Assembly: GCA_016188385.1 (NCBI GenBank)
Contig: JACPHV010000021.1
Coordinates: forward strand, 2,649 to 66,648
Length of the DNA stretch: 64,000 bases
Origin: Candidatus Uhrbacteria bacterium
GTDB taxonomy: Bacteria; Patescibacteriota; Patescibacteriia; JACQRZ01
Direction of reading: 5' to 3'
How positions within the stretch are numbered: position 1 is the first letter of the stretch; every line of letters begins with the position of its first letter. The notes under the pieces were generated by a model. The model was not told where the DNA came from and made no database searches. It saw nothing but the letters and a program-made list of their open reading frames with translations. Shown piece after piece: positions 10,501 to 19,700 of the stretch. Position numbers and translations under genes: made by a program.

Positions 10501-10623
10501 GATTTCAGTGATCACGATATCGGAAGCTGCAGCGTACGCGGGACGGGAAAACATCGGCGATACTGCCAATACAAAGCTTATACATACAGAAAGAATCGTG
10601 AGACCTCTATGGTGCATACGCAA
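7540..10623 (-). CDS. Surface protein: several lamin-tail domains, PKD, probable OB folds, C-terminal TM
   Basis: Signal peptide; four 'I.E....EW/F.E.YN.....ID...W' LTD repeats; PKD 'FDASDTQDPD..YEWDFGDG'; 'YLKDATGEIR' OB-like segment; C-terminal TM. Confidence 0.85.
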   Translation of the reverse strand: MRMHHRGLTILSVCISFVLAVSPMFSRPAYAAASDIVITEIAAYEKSEHEWIEIYNKGSSSIDITGWKFVEDGTNHGLKEYRGDLTIDPGEYAVIADNAAATAADYPAFTGTLIDSAWQTLRADGEAIALASADGSIIEQFTYLPAPDGSLQRISADINDYTGANWIESAAGTNTIGAKNVYEMAADNPPVDGQSDQVASSSAPNATIQSPWKPAWGDVVINEFVADPGDDPREWVELYNNSPVPIDLKEWFLEDGSRNTIKLSEILGVSGSARFAVFEFKNAMLNNAGDSITVRDKKGTAIDSVSYGGWDDGVIENNAPRAYAPASVARFPDGRNTFNNADDFHVTVHATPGESNILKEEKSAATPPYQSAIVISELFPYPFPSATSTEEFIELYNSGEEPIDIDGWRLVSGSVSYVISDTHASSTLLAPEAYFIVPRSASAIALKNYGGDSVKLYQKGGEKSVTHASYAIDAPRNKSYARGADDRYAWTETVTPGKPNIMTKQNEPPRIALFAPLSGTVSQELFFDASDTQDPDNDQLAYEWDFGDGSPAVVASLSAVHTYRAVGIYEIALTVRAGVHEKIETRHITIIDSPTPRESIASSVELRKKSEISSSSPSVPTETATSSPTIFFNELLPNPTGPDRGQEFIELYNAGDAAVDISQWIIELQGGRTHYTIPQGSHVPPYGFFVTPTNGRGFVLRNSGDELVLRDWYGTAIDSIDYTESPEGKSFARGEANDWIWTSDISRGVKNIIAGVKISKQVPPNDTVILSESEHTLQQPSAKDKNTASNLPIHDFEQLRGVKQNTPILVRGTVTVPAGLFDPTELYISDGKNGMLVRYAKSDLPKFAIGDFLEARGSFKKYVSGPAVSIGSEGSVRALSNGDGKTVERAQLTIQSINDETLNALATISGEVTQVRWPHIYLKDATGEIRAYVKKSTGIEKMDVQKGQLVDVIGIVGKTASGYRILPRTADDIVITSSRRVEVTENPEYTIVARHATLPSYGVAALVAITVVFGGLFLQYYQRKRNE

Positions 10624-10675
10624 AACAGTATAACAGACTCATTGTAGAAACGCAGCTGCAGGGCCTCCGGTACTC

Positions 10676-12901
10676 TCAAGAGAGCATTGCCAATACGATA
10701 CGGCGAAGCTCTTTTGGCGAGGCAAGCAGATATTTTGCAGCAGTTGGATTTTTGCCTATTTTGAATGAGTACGCATGATTGGGCAGAGCGGTGAAAAGAT
10801 CTTCGTCAGTTTCATCGTCACCAGCCGCGAGTATGAAATCGTAGGTGCCTCTTCCAATCCAATGGCGCGCTGCCATGCCTTTCGTCGCCCCTTTGATGCG
10901 CAGCTCAATTACCTTTTTCCCTTGCAGCACCTGAATATCCTGATTCGCGATATAATTGACAAGATCATCTGTTAATTCCTTTGCGCGACGCACCCCCAAT
11001 TCCGCGTCCGCATTGCGATAATGCCAGGCCAACGAATAATCTTTTGTCTCCACAAAGCTGCCTGGGAGTCGGTTCGTATACATCTCCAACAGCGGCACAA
11101 GATGCTCTTTCCATTCAGGCGCCGCTTGAACCGTCTGAATCCATTCTTTTCCCGGCTCGCGAATCCACATCCCATGCTCCGCCACGAGACTGATTTTAAG
11201 CGCTCCAAACCAAGATTCGAGATTTTCTTTTGCTCTTCCGCTCACCAATACCACGGTACATCCCTGCAAAGCGCAGAGGCGCCGCAGAAGAGCTTTGAGA
11301 TGGCCGTTCGGCGCGGCAAGAGGAGGAGACGCGACGATCGGTGTCACCGTGCCGTCATAATCAAAAAAAATCAGGCGCCTTCGCGAACGCTTCCATTGCT
11401 CGATCATAGCGGAACGGATCGATGCGGAAAATGGATGAACCTGCACTGTTCGCCGCTGGCGAGTTGACAGAAGAGTTGTGATAAAATCTTTTCCCCACGC
11501 AACGACATCATAACGTTGCAGACGACGTATCATCATGTCATTACGGCGTATTTGCTCTCGTTTCGGCATAAGAAGAGCTCGTTCGAGCGCATCCGCAATA
11601 TTGCCAACGTGATAAGGATTCACTATGACCGCTTCTCCGAGTTCTTTTGCCGAACCCGTCATTTCGCTTAGGATGAGAACGCCTGTGCGCCCGGCATGGC
11701 ATGCGAGATATTCTTTTGCCACCAAATTCATCCCGTCACGTAGAGGAGTGACGAGCGCCACGTCGCTCCTCTGATAGAGCGCGGTAAGTGCGGGGAAGGC
11801 GAGCTGTGCGTATTGATAACGGATTGGCGTCCAATGCAGCGTTCCATAAGCGCCGTTAATGTTTCCTACAAGTTCATCAAGTTCGCGCTTCATTGCGTGG
11901 TATTGATCTACCTTTACGCGAGAAGGCACAACTACGAGAATGAGCACTACTTTCCCGCGCCACGCGGGATGCGTTTCGAGAAACTGATGGTACCCCTTCA
12001 AACGGTTAAGAATGCCCTTTGTGTAATCCAAACGATCGATTGACGCGATTACACGCAAGCGATCCAGCATCTCCAGATCACGAAATGCGCGCTGCACGGA
12101 CAGTTTATCTCCCGCCGCCGCAAATTTATCAAAATCGATGCCGAGCGGAAAATTGTCTACTTTTACTTTTCTTCCATCAACTTCGAGCATACCGAGCTCA
12201 TGCTCATACCCTAATGTGCGTAAAGCCGATTTCAAAAAATACTTCGCGTAATCATGGGTATGGAATCCGACTATATCCGCTCCGAGCATGCCCTTGATGA
12301 GCGCGATGCGCCATGAATTCGGTAAAATCTGAAATACCTCAAATGAAGGAAATGGAATATGGAGAAAGAATCCGATCGCGTTGCGTGGCAACTTCTGCCG
12401 GAGCATATGCGGCAGGAGCATGAGCTGAAAATCGTGCACCCAAATCAGATCGTTTGGGTTCGCGAGATCAGCAACTGTTTTGCAGAATGCTCGCTGTACA
12501 TGTTCATAGGCCTTCCAATACTCATCCGATAGTACGGTATAGGAAGGGAAATAGTGAAACAACGGCCATAGTGTGCGATTGCAAAAGCCGTTGTAAAAAG
12601 CATTGATGTCTTGAGCCGAAAGAAATACCGGAACAGCCCGATAATCCCGTGTGAGACGAGCGCGTACTTTTCTTTCTCTCGCCGGGCTTACTGCTATACC
12701 GGGACACCCAACCCATACATACTCATCTATCTCTTTCGATGCTTGACCGAGATGCGGGAGAAATGACGCGAGCGCGGAAGCAAGACCGCCCGGACTCTCA
12801 CTTACAAGAAGTTCGCCTTTGCGAAACGTAATCGTATGCGGAAGGCGCCACGAAACAATGATGAGTTTCCTGCGGGATTTTCGTGTGGATGTACTTTTCA
12901 T
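10676..12901 (-). CDS. otsAB: Bifunctional trehalose-6-phosphate synthase/phosphatase
   Basis: GT20 motifs (GGL, WVHDFQL, FFLHIPFP, DRLDYTKG, DGMNLVAKEY) plus HAD (DYDGT, SGR, GDDETDED). Confidence 0.95.
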   Translation of the reverse strand: MKSTSTRKSRRKLIIVSWRLPHTITFRKGELLVSESPGGLASALASFLPHLGQASKEIDEYVWVGCPGIAVSPARERKVRARLTRDYRAVPVFLSAQDINAFYNGFCNRTLWPLFHYFPSYTVLSDEYWKAYEHVQRAFCKTVADLANPNDLIWVHDFQLMLLPHMLRQKLPRNAIGFFLHIPFPSFEVFQILPNSWRIALIKGMLGADIVGFHTHDYAKYFLKSALRTLGYEHELGMLEVDGRKVKVDNFPLGIDFDKFAAAGDKLSVQRAFRDLEMLDRLRVIASIDRLDYTKGILNRLKGYHQFLETHPAWRGKVVLILVVVPSRVKVDQYHAMKRELDELVGNINGAYGTLHWTPIRYQYAQLAFPALTALYQRSDVALVTPLRDGMNLVAKEYLACHAGRTGVLILSEMTGSAKELGEAVIVNPYHVGNIADALERALLMPKREQIRRNDMMIRRLQRYDVVAWGKDFITTLLSTRQRRTVQVHPFSASIRSAMIEQWKRSRRRLIFFDYDGTVTPIVASPPLAAPNGHLKALLRRLCALQGCTVVLVSGRAKENLESWFGALKISLVAEHGMWIREPGKEWIQTVQAAPEWKEHLVPLLEMYTNRLPGSFVETKDYSLAWHYRNADAELGVRRAKELTDDLVNYIANQDIQVLQGKKVIELRIKGATKGMAARHWIGRGTYDFILAAGDDETDEDLFTALPNHAYSFKIGKNPTAAKYLLASPKELRRIVLAMLS

Positions 12902-13017
12902 GAAGTGCTCACTACGCTATCATGGTTTCTTCTTTTTGTACAGAAAAAAGACGTGCAGTTTTGTTTGACTACGGAAGACGAGCATGGTTCAATTGGATAA
13001 ACGTAAAAGGCCTCTCT

Positions 13018-14091
13018 ATGAAATTCGTGCCCCGAACCCAACATCAGGAATTGAGCCCGTATCGCAACGTCGAATCCCGAGAACGTATTGACAGAAGCAC
13101 GGAGATCGAGCAAAAACTGGATGAAACGTATGCTGCGTGCGAAAACCTGCGATTGCAACCGGATTTCGAAACTGCCGCGGAAATCAATACTTGTATCTAC
13201 GAATTATACCTCAAAGAACAAGATACGGATCCGCGAACTCGAGAAGCATCGCTTGAGATTTTGCGCGCTGTCGTTGACAGAGTGACATCGGAGATCGGGG
13301 ATGACACACTCTCACGTGTGCTCTACCGTGTCATGCCGCTTGTCAAAATCAAAAATCGGAAACGAGAGCTTGCCGCATATCATAGGAACAAGGGGGAAAT
13401 CACGCTTCATCCTGATTTTTCTTCTTCTCTTGCGCCATCACAAGTATTGAAATCGTTTCATGAGCTTGGCAGCCATCCACCCTTTGTCATCCTCCACCAT
13501 GAATACATCCATAGCCTGCAGAACGACTTGCCTCACGAGGAAGCAAAAAAAGCAATTCGTGAAACAATGATGCTTGCATTTGGGAGTGCGCTTCTTTTTT
13601 CCGTTGTGGATCGCGTTATTCCCGGAGCAACAATCGCTCTGGTCGGATCTTACGCATTGTACCTAAGTCGTGATCAAACGATACGCAAGATATTAGGTGA
13701 GACTCAAGCGTTCATTGGAGCGTTTCGTGCCGCGCCTACTCCACAGGAATCCATAGTGTCATACGTTGAGGAAATAATACGGACGGGATATACCAAAGGA
13801 CGGCGCTCGGATATGGAAAAATTCGCGATCGCGTATGATGATACTCGAATACTTTATGCCCTCGGCTACTCTGACGCGGAGATCGGCAGGCTCGTGAAAG
13901 ACGCGCGATGGAATCCGAAACGAAAGTGCTATGACACGATCGAATATGAAATCAATCGAGCCAAGATAGAGCAAAACTATACTGAATCGGATATCGACAA
14001 TCTGGTTGCGCTTGATGACTTAGAGCGGTATCGCCGATTGATAATGATCCAACGCATTACGGAGCAAGAACTCTTAAAGGGAAAAAGGTAA
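13018..14091 (+). CDS. Hypothetical protein with HExxH motif and a hydrophobic hairpin (zincin-like)
   Basis: ILHHEYIHSLQ, hydrophobic stretch, downstream ETQAF. Start uncertain (12922 or 13018). Confidence 0.55.
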   Translation: MKFVPRTQHQELSPYRNVESRERIDRSTEIEQKLDETYAACENLRLQPDFETAAEINTCIYELYLKEQDTDPRTREASLEILRAVVDRVTSEIGDDTLSRVLYRVMPLVKIKNRKRELAAYHRNKGEITLHPDFSSSLAPSQVLKSFHELGSHPPFVILHHEYIHSLQNDLPHEEAKKAIRETMMLAFGSALLFSVVDRVIPGATIALVGSYALYLSRDQTIRKILGETQAFIGAFRAAPTPQESIVSYVEEIIRTGYTKGRRSDMEKFAIAYDDTRILYALGYSDAEIGRLVKDARWNPKRKCYDTIEYEINRAKIEQNYTESDIDNLVALDDLERYRRLIMIQRITEQELLKGKR

Positions 14092-14163
14092 ATGCGTTAT
14101 GGAAATCACTTGTTTTGCCTTGTCGCACTGATTTAATGAATGGTATACTTACAGTGCATCCTA

Positions 14164-14214
14164 TCATTTCCGATTCAATTTCATTCCAAAAAGGATGATG
14201 AACGCGAAGGAATA
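14164..14214. repeat. Truncated 51-bp copy of the palindromic repeat
   Basis: Matches 6830-6880 with one mismatch; lies between a TTGTCG-18-TATACT promoter and the MBL gene start. Confidence 0.9.
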
Positions 14215-14245
14215 AGCGATACATACCATTGAGTGCTTCACGCGT

Positions 14246-15619
14246 ATGAAAGGTGAACGTCCCGTTTCAAAACTCTATTTCCACGGAGGCGCCGGGGGAG
14301 TGACTGGCGCCAATTACATTTTGGAGGTCGGCGACTACCGGCTGATGATAGACTGCGGCTTATTTCAGGGCGGCCGTTTTGCTGAAAGGCAAAATCTTGA
14401 ACCGTTCTCTTATGATCCGGCGCGTGTGCATTCACTCTTCGTGACACATGCGCACATCGACCACATCGGACGGATTCCGAAGCTATACAGCGACGGATTC
14501 CGAGGAGTGATCTATTCCACTCCTCCGGCTGCAGATCTTGCCCGAGTCATGCTGGAAGATGCGCTCAAAATCATGGAACATGAGATAGAAAAAGAAGGTG
14601 GCGCCTGCCTGTATTCGCGGCATGATTTAACGGAAGCGCTCAAGCTGTTTCAGCCTGTTGATTATGACACAGAAATCCGCCTCCCGGGAGGGATAACCGC
14701 AACATTGCGCAACTCCGCCCATATCCTCGGATCCGCCATGATCGAAATCCAGACAGATAGTTATAAGATCGTATTCACCGGCGATATAGGCAATACTCCA
14801 ACCCCCCTTCTCAATGACATCTATCCAATGAAAGAAACAGACTATCTTTCGATGGAGTCCGTATATGGAAACCGATTTCATGAGGGGTCGGAAGAACGCC
14901 ACTTGATATTGGAGCGCGTCATTGAAGATACGGTGACGAAAGGCGGCACCATCATTATTCCAACGTTTGCGCTTGAACGCACGCAGGCGCTGCTTGCCGA
15001 ACTCAACGAGCTGATCGAGAATAATCGTATTCCGCGAATTCCTGTCTTTTTGGATAGCCCATTAGCAATCAACGCGACTGAAGTATACAAAAAGCATGAA
15101 AGGTATTTTAATCCCCAGAGCCAAGTTGCGATACAAAAAGGCGATGATCTTTTTCGCTTTCCGGGACTGGTCATGACGCCTTCGCGGCAAGAATCGCAAA
15201 AAATTAACAAAGTTGAAAAATCAAAAATTATCATGGCGGGCAATCCCCATGGATATGGCAGCCGCATTATGTATCATTTTGCGCGATATCTGCCTGACGA
15301 ACACAGCACCGTGCTTTTTGTCGGCTTTCCTCGCATCAGCAGTCTGGGAAGACGCCTGACTGATGGCGCCACCGAAGTGCGCGTCCAAGGCAGGCAAACG
15401 CCGGTACGCGCAAAGATCGTAAATATCTCCAGCTATTCCGCGCACGCGGACCAAACGCAATTAAAGAATTTCGTTGCTCGATTTGCAAAGCCGGTAAAGA
15501 TGGTATTTGCTACGATGGGCGAAGAAACTTCCGCTGAAACTTTGGCGCGAGTTATCCGAGACGAGCTTGGTATCAACGCCACTGTTCCTAAGATCGGCGA
15601 TATGATACCATTGGATTAA
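14246..15619 (+). CDS. MBL-fold beta-CASP ribonuclease (TTHA0252-like)
   Basis: DCG, THAHIDHIG, HILGS, FTGD, ESVYG, SAHAD motifs. Confidence 0.92.
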   Translation: MKGERPVSKLYFHGGAGGVTGANYILEVGDYRLMIDCGLFQGGRFAERQNLEPFSYDPARVHSLFVTHAHIDHIGRIPKLYSDGFRGVIYSTPPAADLARVMLEDALKIMEHEIEKEGGACLYSRHDLTEALKLFQPVDYDTEIRLPGGITATLRNSAHILGSAMIEIQTDSYKIVFTGDIGNTPTPLLNDIYPMKETDYLSMESVYGNRFHEGSEERHLILERVIEDTVTKGGTIIIPTFALERTQALLAELNELIENNRIPRIPVFLDSPLAINATEVYKKHERYFNPQSQVAIQKGDDLFRFPGLVMTPSRQESQKINKVEKSKIIMAGNPHGYGSRIMYHFARYLPDEHSTVLFVGFPRISSLGRRLTDGATEVRVQGRQTPVRAKIVNISSYSAHADQTQLKNFVARFAKPVKMVFATMGEETSAETLARVIRDELGINATVPKIGDMIPLD

Positions 15620-15639
15620 TCATGTGCTAAGTCGTTGTT

Positions 15640-16311
15640 ATGGCGGAAAAAAAACCGATCGCTTTGAAGGGTATTCCTCTCGCGCGGGACAATGATATTG
15701 TCAAAAGCTATCTGAAATACAAAATCTGCATTTCGGGATCTGCGGACACAACCCATTGCGCAAAAGACGCGCTTGAAAAGGCGAAAGAAGTTGGCAGACA
15801 GGTTGTCGCGCATAATGGAGTTGTCGTCACTGGCGCTACCACCGGTATTCCGTATTGGGCAGCGATTGGGGCAAAAGAAGCCGGGGGGATCAGTATCGGC
15901 ATCTCACCTGCCGCTTCTGAAATATCCCATGTCCGTTCCTATCGTTTGCCGGTAGACTACTTTGACCTCATTATGTATACCGGTTTTGAGTACTCCGGCC
16001 GTAATTTGCTGCTCATCAGAAGCTCTGACGCGGTAATAGAGATTTGCGGAAGGATCGGCACGCTCAATGAATTTACGATCGCGTTTGAGGATAACAAACC
16101 AATCGGCATTCTCGAAGGTTGTGGCGGCACAACTGATATGATCAGGGAAATCATCGAGCAAGGGCACCGCGGACCGGGGAAAATCATCTACGACACTGAT
16201 CCAAAAGCACTCGTGGAACGGCTTCTTGAAATCATCGATAAAGAAAAAGTGGTTCCGATGCCAAAACATGATTATCTGGCACCGCGGACTCGTGGGCGCA
16301 AACGAGGATAA
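15640..16311 (+). CDS. LOG/SLOG-family nucleotide-binding protein
   Basis: VVTGATTG, GISIGISP, RNLLLIRSSDAVI..GRIGTLNEF. Confidence 0.85.
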   Translation: MAEKKPIALKGIPLARDNDIVKSYLKYKICISGSADTTHCAKDALEKAKEVGRQVVAHNGVVVTGATTGIPYWAAIGAKEAGGISIGISPAASEISHVRSYRLPVDYFDLIMYTGFEYSGRNLLLIRSSDAVIEICGRIGTLNEFTIAFEDNKPIGILEGCGGTTDMIREIIEQGHRGPGKIIYDTDPKALVERLLEIIDKEKVVPMPKHDYLAPRTRGRKRG

Positions 16312-16315
16312 TACT

Positions 16316-16768
16316 ATGCTCTACATCGCTTCTGATCACGCGGGATTTGAGTTAAAAGAATACTTAAAACAATCTCTTGCAAAACGCGGATTGAAAATTA
16401 AGGACTTTGGCGCGCGGATCTATAATAAAGAAGATGATTACCCTGATTTTATTATCCCGCTTGCCAAAACGGTCGGAAAAAATCCCACGCGCAACCGCGG
16501 CATTATCCTTGGCGGCTCCGGACAAGGAGAACAGATTGCCGCGAATAAAATTCGCGGCGTGCGCGCGGCTCTCTACTACGGAGGGCCGATTGATATCGTC
16601 ACGTTGTCAAAGACACATAACAATACGAATATCCTTTCACTGGGGGCGCGATTCTTAAACAAAAAGGAAGCCCTACGCGCAGTATTGCTATGGATTGGCA
16701 CATCGTTTGCCAACGTCACGCGCCATAAACGGCGGATAAAAAAAATCGATGAATTCACGAAGCAATGA
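16316..16768 (+). CDS. rpiB: Ribose-5-phosphate isomerase B
   Basis: ASDHAG, DYPD, GGSGQGE..AANK..GVRA, HNNTN, RH.RRI. Start MLYIAS at 16316. Confidence 0.93.
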   Translation: MLYIASDHAGFELKEYLKQSLAKRGLKIKDFGARIYNKEDDYPDFIIPLAKTVGKNPTRNRGIILGGSGQGEQIAANKIRGVRAALYYGGPIDIVTLSKTHNNTNILSLGARFLNKKEALRAVLLWIGTSFANVTRHKRRIKKIDEFTKQ

Positions 16769-17400
16769 AATCTCTGAAGCGATATTTCAAACCGGCGCTG
16801 TTGGTATATTCACGCGAAGAAGGAGAAAAGAAAGTCGCCTTTATTGCGAAACGGTACCCTCGCGCGTGGGTACATATCGATGTAATGGATCATGAATTCG
16901 TACCAAATACCTGCTGGTGTTCCGCGAGCGGATTTGCGGGACTTGAGATAAAAAATCCACAGGAAATCCATCTCATGGTGCTCCACCCCGAGAAATATCT
17001 AAAAAAATGGAAACGCGCGGGAGCACAACGGATCGTGTTTCATTTTGAGTCGACACATGCGCCCATTCAGGTCGCACGCGCGATCCGTAAACTCGGCATG
17101 GAAGCAGTCATCGCATTAAACCCTGATACTCCCGTGATCAAGGTACGGTTGCTCCTCAATGAAATAGATGGTATACTCTTCATGGGCGTGTATCCCGGAT
17201 TAGCTGGACAGAAATTCATACCCGCAACTATTCTAAAAATAAAAAAAGCGCGCGCGTATGCCGCTACCAAACCAATTACCGTCGATGGAGGAGTTACGTT
17301 CCAAAATGCAGCAGATCTTATCGACGCTGGCGCAACAGAGCTGGTCTCTACCAGCGCTATCTTTGGCGAACGTTTCAAAAAAAAATCGCGGCCAGTGTGA
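16765..17400 (+). CDS. rpe: Ribulose-phosphate 3-epimerase
   Basis: HIDVMD..FVPN, IHLMV, FHFES, MGVYPG..GQ, VDGGV. Confidence 0.92.
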   Translation: MKSLKRYFKPALLVYSREEGEKKVAFIAKRYPRAWVHIDVMDHEFVPNTCWCSASGFAGLEIKNPQEIHLMVLHPEKYLKKWKRAGAQRIVFHFESTHAPIQVARAIRKLGMEAVIALNPDTPVIKVRLLLNEIDGILFMGVYPGLAGQKFIPATILKIKKARAYAATKPITVDGGVTFQNAADLIDAGATELVSTSAIFGERFKKKSRPV

Positions 17401-17404
17401 TGAC

Positions 17405-18124
17405 TTGTGCGCGTATCCGAAAAAAATCAGCGTCATAATTCCTGCGTATAACGAAGAATCTTTTTTGGCGGACGCTCTCGCCGCGCTTGAACGGCAAACC
17501 TTTCCGCGCGGCGATTTTGAAGTCATCGTTGTTGACAATGCGAGCGCTGACCGCACCTACGATATCGCGTATCTGTACGGAGCGGATATCGTGCTGCGTG
17601 AACCGCGAAAAGGCACAAATCGCGCGCGGCAAACCGGGCTGGAGCACAGCCAGGGAGAAATCGTGGCGTTTCTGGACGCGGATTGCGTGCCGGAACAATG
17701 GTGGCTGGAACGGATCCATAGACGACTGCATAGAAAATACAATCGGTGCGCCGCGATTGCGGGGTCGTATATGTTTAATTGGGATGCGGGCGAAACATTT
17801 TTTATCGGACAACTTTTATATCAATGGATCGTGTTACCGCCATTCAGCTCGATCATGGGATATATTTTCAAACGAGGAGGGATTTTATACGGCGGCAACT
17901 TCGCGACATTCCGTAAACATTTTGAACAAGTTCAAGGGATCGATACGTCATTCACTTTTTTCGGGGACGACGCAAGCATTGCGCGGCGACTCGGCGCGTT
18001 GGGTCCGGTGGAGTTTGATCCCACCCTCTATGTCGCAAGCTCCGCGCGGCGCTTCACGCGAGACGGCATTTTTAAGACGAATTGGGAATATACGAAAAAT
18101 TACTTTAAGGTGATGATGAAATGA
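17405..18124 (+). CDS. Glycosyltransferase family 2
   Basis: ISVIIPAYNEE, VVDNAS.D, FLDAD, GDD, SSARRF. Start uncertain (TTG 17405 or frameshifted ATG 17400). Confidence 0.88.
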   Translation: MCAYPKKISVIIPAYNEESFLADALAALERQTFPRGDFEVIVVDNASADRTYDIAYLYGADIVLREPRKGTNRARQTGLEHSQGEIVAFLDADCVPEQWWLERIHRRLHRKYNRCAAIAGSYMFNWDAGETFFIGQLLYQWIVLPPFSSIMGYIFKRGGILYGGNFATFRKHFEQVQGIDTSFTFFGDDASIARRLGALGPVEFDPTLYVASSARRFTRDGIFKTNWEYTKNYFKVMMK

Positions 18125-18978
18125 TCATCCATGATCGAAAAGTAAAACAGCTCGAAAAACTCGCAAACACCATCCGCCAAGACATTATCAAAATGTTGGT
18201 CAAAGCGGGGTCTGGACACTCGGCAGGACCGCTGGATATGGCGGATGTCTTCACAGCGCTGTATTTCCATATTCTGCACCACCGACCAAAGCAGCCGCAG
18301 TGGGAGGGACGCGATCGCCTCATTCTCTCCTGCGGTCATATTTGTCCCGTGCGCTATGCGGCAATGGCGCGCGCAGGATATTTCCCGCTCAAAACTCTTG
18401 CGACGCTCCGCCAACTTGGTTCACCTCTCCAAGGACATCCCGAGCTGCATAAACTTCCTGCGGTAGAAAACACCAGTGGCCCCCTTGCGCAAGGAACATC
18501 GATCGCTGTTGGCATGGCGCTTGCCGGAAAAATGGATAACAAAAAATGGCACGTGTACGGCGTGCTCTCTGATGGGGAGCATCAGGAGGGACAAACATGG
18601 GAAGCGGTCATGTTTGCGGGGAACAAGGGGCTCAACAATCTTACTTTTCTTGTTGATCGGAACAATATTCAAATTGATGGCGTGACTGAACAGGTGATGC
18701 CACTGGAACCCTTCGCCGACAAGTATCGCGCCTTTAACTGGCATGTCATTGAGGTTGACGGCCACAACATACGAGAAATTGTCGATGCATGCGAGCAGGC
18801 AAAACGAATAGTTGAAAAACCAACCGTGATCATCTGCCACACCATCCCCGGCCGCGGAGTTGAGTTTATGGAGAAGAAGTATGAGTGGCATGGCATCCCG
18901 CCGAATGTTGAGCAGGCAGAGCTGGCATTAAAAGAGCTACGAACCCTGCGCGGAAAAATAACAAGCGAACATGAATAA
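18121..18978 (+). CDS. Transketolase, N-terminal (TPP-binding) subunit
   Basis: GSGHS, DRLILSCGH, LQGHP, SDGEHQEG..WEA, WHG. Confidence 0.95.
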   Translation: MIIHDRKVKQLEKLANTIRQDIIKMLVKAGSGHSAGPLDMADVFTALYFHILHHRPKQPQWEGRDRLILSCGHICPVRYAAMARAGYFPLKTLATLRQLGSPLQGHPELHKLPAVENTSGPLAQGTSIAVGMALAGKMDNKKWHVYGVLSDGEHQEGQTWEAVMFAGNKGLNNLTFLVDRNNIQIDGVTEQVMPLEPFADKYRAFNWHVIEVDGHNIREIVDACEQAKRIVEKPTVIICHTIPGRGVEFMEKKYEWHGIPPNVEQAELALKELRTLRGKITSEHE

Positions 18979-18987
18979 GTCGGAAAG

Positions 18988-19518
18988 ATGAAAATCAAAA
19001 ACGAAACTATCTGCTATATTGACGGAGCGAATCTCTATAAAGGAATAACTTCCCTAGGGTGGGAACTTAATTATCAAGTGTTCCGACGTTGGTTGGATCA
19101 AAAATACGCTGCTACAAAAGTGTACCTGTTTATTGGAATGATTTCTGCGCATGCGGATTTATATACTACGCTTCAACGATGCGGATTCACACTTATTTTC
19201 AAGGAAGTGATTTTTTATGAGGACGGGAAAGCAAAAGGAAATTGTGACGCGGATCTCATTGTACGGGCGGCGCGCGACTTATACGAATCGGGCGTACGGT
19301 CGGTGATATTGGTAAGCAGCGACGGAGATTACGTACCGCTCATTAAGCTTTGGCGTGAAAAAAATACGCGATGCATTGTTCTTTCGCCATCTAAAATAAA
19401 AAATTGTTCCATCCTTATCAAGCGTACTGGCGTGCCAATCGTTTGCCTTGATGAAATCAAAAAAAAGCTAGGCTACTCTAAAAATAAAAAGGCCCCCGAT
19501 ACAGGCGTACCTGCATAA
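18988..19518 (+). CDS. NYN (LabA/DUF88, PIN-like) domain nuclease
   Basis: YIDGANL, KGNCDADL, LVSSDGDY acidic catalytic pattern. Confidence 0.9.
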   Translation: MKIKNETICYIDGANLYKGITSLGWELNYQVFRRWLDQKYAATKVYLFIGMISAHADLYTTLQRCGFTLIFKEVIFYEDGKAKGNCDADLIVRAARDLYESGVRSVILVSSDGDYVPLIKLWREKNTRCIVLSPSKIKNCSILIKRTGVPIVCLDEIKKKLGYSKNKKAPDTGVPA

Positions 19519-19538
19519 GGGTCCTTTTCGTAGTGAAT
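19480..19538 (-). ncRNA. Putative antisense small RNA overlapping the NYN 3' end
   Basis: Minus-strand promoter TTGACA(19572)-16-TATGCT, then hairpin AAAAGGACCCTTATGCAGG-TACG-CCTGTATCGGGGGCCTTTT and T-tract. Confidence 0.5.
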
Positions 19539-19594
19539 AATATTAGCATAACAGCCCAAAAAAAAATGTCAACAATTTTGGAAAAAAATAAAAA

Positions 19595-19688
19595 TGGCAC
19601 GGCATTCCGCCAAATGTTGAGCAAGTGCATGAGGTGTTGCGTGATTTACGTACGTTGCGCGGGAAAAATAATCAGTGAATGTGAATGA
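19595..19688 (+). pseudogene. Diverged relic of a transketolase N-subunit 3' end
   Basis: Reads WHGIPPNVEQVHEVLRDLRTLRGK/(frameshift)IISECE*, versus WHGIPPNVEQAELALKELRTLRGKITSEHE* at the end of 18121-18978. Confidence 0.88.
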
Positions 19689-19700
19689 TTATTATCATGT

